Shown here: one piece after another, positions 56,644 to 61,290 of the stretch
How positions within the stretch are numbered: position 1 is the first letter of the stretch
Layout: each line of letters starts with the position of its first letter
Source of the DNA: a virus
Lineage: Duplodnaviria > Caudoviricetes
Length of the DNA: 61,290 nucleotides
IMG/VR virus record: IMGVR_UViG_3300017788_000026
Span: 1-61,290 of that record
Reading direction: 5' to 3' (one strand)
Translations under genes and position numbers: made by a program
The notes under the pieces: model-generated
Databases searched by the model: none
Told to the model about the DNA's origin: nothing
Seen by the model: only the letters and a program-made list of their open reading frames with translations

Positions 56644-56691
56644 GTGTTTTTTTTCCTTGGTTCGTAGGCCCACACCATGTGGTTCCTTCAT

Positions 56692-56767
56692 ATATCTTAT
56701 GCCTTATTTAGGGAGTATTTTGGGTAAAAAGAAAGGCCTTTTGGCCCTTCTTCTTTATCAGCCGCTC
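56692..56767 (-). promoter_or_regulatory. Terminator-promoter spacer unit 2
   Basis: GAAGGGCCAAAAGGCCTTTC-T5, then CCCTAAATAAGGCATAAGATAT. Confidence 0.75.
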
Positions 56768-57367
56768 TTAGGCGGCCTTCTCCGCCTCCTCGGCCCAGAT
56801 TGTGACGGCTAGGGCGAGTACGGCGTAACTCGCGACGCTACTCTCGGCGTACTTCGCGAAATTCGCGGCGCTCGCGGCATCACTCGCGTACCTCGCAGCG
56901 TTCGCGGCGTACCTCGCGGCGTACCTCGTGTAACTCGCGGCTCTAGAGGCGTCACTAGCGTAACTCGCGGCGACAAGGTCCTTCGCTTGCTCGCACGCGA
57001 ACACCAGCGCCTCGTCGATCTTCGCCGCGCGTAGCGCAATCGGTAAAATCTCCCGCGCTGTGCGCAACGCGACACCCCGAACCCACACGACGCGCTTCTC
57101 GTCTCCCCACCCCGGCCACGCCTCAAGCAGCGGCGCAAGCCGCAGCATCTGCTCGGTGCGCACGACGTCATCAGGCCACAGGGCGTCGTTCAAGAGCCTT
57201 ACGTCCGGCCGGTCAAGAATCAACGGGTCGCTCGTCCACTCGCGCCCTTCGCACACAGACACCGCTTCCAGGATGCAGAACTTGCCTGATCTGGCGTGGT
57301 GTGAGCCTGCGCTGAGCCCGCCAGAGCGGGCAACAACCTGTACCAAACTTTCTTTTGTACAAGACAC
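56768..57367 (-). CDS. Ala-repeat cassette protein, copy 1
   Basis: GTG start; GGLSAGSH...CILEAVSVCEGREWT; Ala-rich repeats; TIWAEEAEKAA. Confidence 0.8.
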   Translation of the reverse strand: MSCTKESLVQVVARSGGLSAGSHHARSGKFCILEAVSVCEGREWTSDPLILDRPDVRLLNDALWPDDVVRTEQMLRLAPLLEAWPGWGDEKRVVWVRGVALRTAREILPIALRAAKIDEALVFACEQAKDLVAASYASDASRAASYTRYAARYAANAARYASDAASAANFAKYAESSVASYAVLALAVTIWAEEAEKAA

Positions 57368-57429
57368 TGTGTTTTTCTCTAGATTAGGGGTTTTGGGAAA
57401 AGAAAGGCCGGGCGGCCTCTCTTTTTTAG

Positions 57430-57807
57430 TCACACACCGCGCCGGATTTTTGGGTCGTAGAGACCCACCATCCCGCGCTCAACCAGCGCTCTCGCAGAGA
57501 ACTGCGCGCAGGCTTTCGGTGGGCCTACCACCTTACCGACGAGTGACGTCGCGAGTGCTGCGGCTTGTTCGGCGCTCAGCCACTCCATCACGAGGCTTGG
57601 AGCGAGCACGTTGGCGAGGAACTTTCCTCGTTTGCGCTTCTCTTCCAAGCACCGCAGATTCCATCCGAGATAGTCGAAGCGCTCGTGATTTGAGCACCCG
57701 ACACAATCGCAATGTGCAGACCTGGTGAGCCGTGTTCGCGCCGCCCTGCCGCCGCATACCCAGCACGGATATAGCGCGAGGGCTTCGTCTGCGTTCATAA
57801 CTCTCAT
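57430..57807 (-). CDS. Hypothetical zinc-binding protein
   Basis: PCWVCGG...CDCVGC. Confidence 0.6.
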   Translation of the reverse strand: MRVMNADEALALYPCWVCGGRAARTRLTRSAHCDCVGCSNHERFDYLGWNLRCLEEKRKRGKFLANVLAPSLVMEWLSAEQAAALATSLVGKVVGPPKACAQFSARALVERGMVGLYDPKIRRGV

Positions 57808-57863
57808 GAGGTATTTTCCATTAAGGTGTTTTGAGCAAAGACGACGTGCCTCCGCTTCAGTTA

Positions 57864-57892
57864 TCTTATGCCATGTTTGGGTGCTGTTTTAG
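57864..57892 (-). promoter_or_regulatory. GGCATAAGA promoter-like motif
   Basis: CTAAAACAGCACCCAAACATGGCATAAGATA. Confidence 0.7.
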
Positions 57893-57950
57893 CGACTAAA
57901 CAAAGTTATCCTTGCCTCAGATACCTTATGCTATTTTCTCTAGTCATTCT

Positions 57951-59738
57951 ATGTCAAAAAACACGTTCGATATAAGGCTCGACTCTCCCACAGTAGCTTT
58001 GCTTGAGGAGCTGGCCTCGCAAGAAAAGATTGATTGGGGCGCCTACAATAAGGTCGCAGAAGAGGTAGCTAACGATGCGCCCGAGGTTACAGAAGGGTTA
58101 CCTGACGCGGCGGTACTTCGTACATTAAGTGACATAGTCGCTAACTATCTAACTGTGGACCAGCAGCCGTTCTCTTTTGAGGGCCGCGAATATATGAAGG
58201 GGCTGTATGACTATGTCGTAGAGTATCCCACCGGGTGCAGGAATCAAATATGGCATACCGGAAGACAGGTCGAGAAAAGCACGTCACAGTCCGCTAAATC
58301 AATTGCTCTAGGAATAGCGAATCCAGCGTACAAGACATTATACATCGCCCCTAGATTTGACCAGGTAACCGTTTTCTCACAACAGCGCTTTAAGCCAATG
58401 TGTGAAGACTCCTATAAGCTATGGGATACGATCATTAACCCACACCGCACCTTGTGGCAGGTAGGCGCGAAACAGTTCCTAAACGGCGCGTTCTTTAATT
58501 TTAGATCGTGCTATCTAAGCGCGGATAATGCGCGTGGTATCTCCGCCCACCACCTTATGATCGACGAGATACAGGACATTGTATCAGATGCCGTGCCTAT
58601 TTTGGAGCAGTGCCAATCCCACGCTCTCAAAGAGCTAAAGTTCAATTCATACGCCGGAACCCCTAAGACAAACAGTAACGTAATCACTAGGCGTTATAAG
58701 AATAGCTGTCAATTTGAGTGGCTAGTCCCTTGTGGGTGCGGGCACTGGAACCTTCTAGACGATTCGGTAATAGGCCCCACGTTTTTCCAATGCATCAAAT
58801 GTTCACGGCCTATTAACGTTCGTGAAGGGCAGTGGGTGCCTGCCCGTCCTGAACTATTGAACAAATGCTGGGGTTTCCGCATACCCCAGATCATGGTGCC
58901 GTTTAAAGAGCACGCGGATATATTGGCGCTAAAGAACGACCCACAAGTAAGCCGCAGACAATTCTTTAACGAGTGTCTTGGTTTACCTTATGACGAAGGT
59001 GAGCTTGTTCTAACAGAAAAAGACCTTATAGAGGCCGCGGCTGCAGGAGATGGTAGCGGTATGTGGACACCGCACCAAGGAAGAATGGCCGCCCGCAACG
59101 GGCTACGCCTTTTCATGGGTGTGGACTACGGAACTGCTGAAGGAGAGAAGCCGTCATTTACCGTAGTGACTGTAGGCTTCTTCACTCCATTAGGCAAATT
59201 TAGTGTTGTCTATATGGAGAAGTTTGTAGGCGAGAAAGCTAACCTGGCCGCGCAGCCTGCTTATATTGATCAATTAGCCAGCGCATTTGGTGTAACCTGG
59301 ATGGGCTGTGACTGGGGATTCGGGGCGCCGCTTAATCAAAGACTGGTTGACGAATACGGCTGGCCTCGATACGATGCTTCGCGTCTTTTACTAGAATACC
59401 AGTACGTAAAGCAGGGATTACTAGCTAAGTGGAATCCCCAAGCGCAGCGGTACATGATTGATAGAAACCAATCTATGACCAATCTGATCGATGATATACG
59501 AAATAAGAAGGTCACCTTTTTCAAGTACGAGCAGCTACGCCCGTTCGTTCTTGACTTTACGTCGATCTTTATCGAGTTTGATGATAATCGTGGTTCTATG
59601 AAATACGACCATGAGCTGCCTGATGATGCGTTCCATTCTTTGAACTACGCCTATATGGCGGGGCTACAGTACCACGGTAAGCTGGTGTTGACAGGGCTTC
59701 CCGACGCCGGTAATGATGATATGCCTTATATAGAGTAA
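57951..59738 (+). CDS. terL: Terminase large subunit (lambda gpA-like)
   Basis: Walker A GRQVEKST, Walker B LMIDE, GTP coupling motif, PCGC..CIKC, nuclease MGVDYG and DDAFHS. Confidence 0.9.
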   Translation: MSKNTFDIRLDSPTVALLEELASQEKIDWGAYNKVAEEVANDAPEVTEGLPDAAVLRTLSDIVANYLTVDQQPFSFEGREYMKGLYDYVVEYPTGCRNQIWHTGRQVEKSTSQSAKSIALGIANPAYKTLYIAPRFDQVTVFSQQRFKPMCEDSYKLWDTIINPHRTLWQVGAKQFLNGAFFNFRSCYLSADNARGISAHHLMIDEIQDIVSDAVPILEQCQSHALKELKFNSYAGTPKTNSNVITRRYKNSCQFEWLVPCGCGHWNLLDDSVIGPTFFQCIKCSRPINVREGQWVPARPELLNKCWGFRIPQIMVPFKEHADILALKNDPQVSRRQFFNECLGLPYDEGELVLTEKDLIEAAAAGDGSGMWTPHQGRMAARNGLRLFMGVDYGTAEGEKPSFTVVTVGFFTPLGKFSVVYMEKFVGEKANLAAQPAYIDQLASAFGVTWMGCDWGFGAPLNQRLVDEYGWPRYDASRLLLEYQYVKQGLLAKWNPQAQRYMIDRNQSMTNLIDDIRNKKVTFFKYEQLRPFVLDFTSIFIEFDDNRGSMKYDHELPDDAFHSLNYAYMAGLQYHGKLVLTGLPDAGNDDMPYIE

Positions 59739-59768
59739 AAAGAAAGGCCTTTTGGCCCTTCTTTTTTT
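59737..59768. terminator. Bidirectional terminator with the same core as spacer unit 2
   Basis: AAAAAGAAAGGCCTTTTGGCCCTTCTTTTTTT. Confidence 0.8.
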
Positions 59769-59780
59769 CATCAGCCGCTC

Positions 59781-60434
59781 TTACGCGACCTTCTCCGCCT
59801 CTTCCGCCCAGATTGTGATGGCTAGGGTGAGTACGGTGACGCCCGCGGCGGCCCTCGCGGCGTTCGCGTAATTCGCAGCGTCACTCACGTACAGCGCGGC
59901 GTTACTCACGTACAGCGCGGCGCGACTCGCGGCGTGACTCGCGTTCTTCGCGGCCTTCGCGGCGTTACTCACGTACAGCGCGGCGCCCCTCGCGTACAGC
60001 GCGGCGTTACTCGCGGCGTTACTCGCGACCCTCGCGGCGTCAAGATCCTTCGCTTGCTCGCACGCGAGCACCAGCGCTTCGTCGAGCTTCGCCGCTCGCA
60101 GCGCGATGGGCAGAATCTCCCGCACGGTACGCAGCGCCACTCCCTGCGCCCACGCCGCTCGCTTCGACGCGCTCCACGCTGGCCAGGCCTCAAGCAGCGG
60201 CGCAAGCCGCAGCATCTGCTCGGTGCGTGTCGCGTCGTCAGACCACGCCGCGTCGTTTAGCGACCGCACGTCCGGCCGGTCAAGCACAAGCGGGCTGTCC
60301 GTCCACTCGCGCCCCTCGCACACCGATACCGCTTCCAGGAGGCAGCATTTGCCTGATTTGGCGTCGTGTGAGCCTGCGCTAAGCCCTCCGTAGCGGTTGA
60401 TGACTGCTGTCAGGGATTCTTTTGTACAAGACAC
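59781..60434 (-). CDS. Ala-repeat cassette protein, copy 2
   Basis: GTG start after AAGGAGG; paralog of copy 1; AALYVSN repeats. Confidence 0.8.
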   Translation of the reverse strand: MSCTKESLTAVINRYGGLSAGSHDAKSGKCCLLEAVSVCEGREWTDSPLVLDRPDVRSLNDAAWSDDATRTEQMLRLAPLLEAWPAWSASKRAAWAQGVALRTVREILPIALRAAKLDEALVLACEQAKDLDAARVASNAASNAALYARGAALYVSNAAKAAKNASHAASRAALYVSNAALYVSDAANYANAARAAAGVTVLTLAITIWAEEAEKVA

Positions 60435-60482
60435 GTGTTTTTTCCTCCTTCGTTGTTTTGGTAAGATACTATTTCGCCTCAA

Positions 60483-60568
60483 ATATCTTATGCCTTATTT
60501 AGGGGGTCAATTTGAGGTAAAAAGAAAGGCCTGTGGTGCAGGCTTTTCTTTTTTTAATCAGGCCGCTC
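60483..60568 (-). promoter_or_regulatory. Terminator-promoter spacer unit 3
   Basis: Hairpin plus T tract, then CCTCAAAT..CCCTAAATAAGGCATAAGATAT. Confidence 0.75.
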
Positions 60569-61093
60569 TTATGCGACCTTTTCCGTCTCCTCGGCCCAGA
60601 TTGTGACGGCTAGGGCGAGTACGGCGTAACTCGCGGCGGCATCCGCAGCATCACTCGCGTACCTCGCGGCGTTCGCAGCGGCCCTCGCGGCGTTCGCAGC
60701 GTCCCTCTCGACGTTCGCGCGCCCCGCGGCGGCACCCGCAGCATCACTCGCGTACCTCGCGGCCCTCGCAGCGTCCCTCTCGACGTTCGCGTGCCCCGCG
60801 GCGGCACCCGCGGCAGCACCCGCGGCGTCAAGATCCTGCGCCTGCTCGCACGCGAGCACCAGCGCCTCGTCGATCTTCGCCGCGCGCAGCGCGATCGGTA
60901 GAATCTCGCGCACGGTGCGCAGCGCGACAGCTTGAGCCCAATCGGCCCGCTGCCCATCGGTCCAGCCCAGCCACGCTTCGAAGAGCGGTACTAGCCGCCT
61001 CATTTGCTCCGTGCGCACGGAGTCGTCCGGCCACAGGGCGTCGCTTAGCGGGCGCATGTCGGGGCAATCGAAAGCACTTGTTGTCCAGGACAT
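60569..61093 (-). CDS. Ala-repeat cassette protein, copy 3 (N-terminally shortened)
   Basis: Lacks GGLSAGSH-C segment; duplicated ANVERDAA/RYASDAA blocks. Confidence 0.75.
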   Translation of the reverse strand: MSWTTSAFDCPDMRPLSDALWPDDSVRTEQMRRLVPLFEAWLGWTDGQRADWAQAVALRTVREILPIALRAAKIDEALVLACEQAQDLDAAGAAAGAAAGHANVERDAARAARYASDAAGAAAGRANVERDAANAARAAANAARYASDAADAAASYAVLALAVTIWAEETEKVA

Positions 61094-61144
61094 GTGGTTT
61101 TCTCCAGATAGGGGTTTTGGTAGGATACCTTATCCTTGCCTCAT

Positions 61145-61176
61145 ATATCTTATGCCATATTTAGACCCCGTTTTGG
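61145..61176 (-). promoter_or_regulatory. GGCATAAGA promoter-like motif
   Basis: CAAAACGGGGTCTAAATATGGCATAAGATAT. Confidence 0.7.
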
Positions 61177-61290
61177 CCTGTTTTTGGGGGTGTTTGGGGG
61201 TGTTTGGGGGGGGGGGGGGGAAAAAAAAAAAACAGGGCGGGGGGCCTGTTGTGAAAACGGCACACAAACAACACTGACAAGAAAAAAAAG

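Noticed and set aside
56768-61093. Diversity-generating retroelement TR/VR pair
   Set aside because: No reverse transcriptase in window; differences are indels and mixed substitutions, not adenine-specific
61180-61290. G- and A-homopolymer tract as a functional element; ORF 61011-61277
   Set aside because: Low-complexity window end, most likely low-quality contig-end sequence

Overview
Fragment of a large tailed-phage (myovirus-like) genome; no cellular housekeeping operons are visible. Long + strand genes encode virion and transcription machinery: tail fibre/collar, LamG and Ig/TIG proteins, a probable tail-operon alpha/beta hydrolase, a beta-helix protein, probable portal, gp5-like spike plus PAAR, a gpA-type terminase and a single-chain beta-beta' RNA polymerase with a LAGLIDADG intein. 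Five - strand islands of small genes are interleaved. Each begins at a recurring G(T/G)CATAAGA promoter-like motif and ends at a hairpin terminator. The most unusual features are: (1) about 11 unrelated basic proteins sharing an N-terminal MNFxxAFFDELxKxA leader, with KxA sites repeated through two probable head proteins, suggesting a capsid-loading/protease-cleavage cargo system; (2) about 45 tightly coupled 56-95 aa microprotein genes that look like a highly diverged tandem paralog array; (3) GC-rich single-gene cassettes with repeated terminator-promoter spacers flanking the terminase. All calls come from motif reading only; no searches were run.
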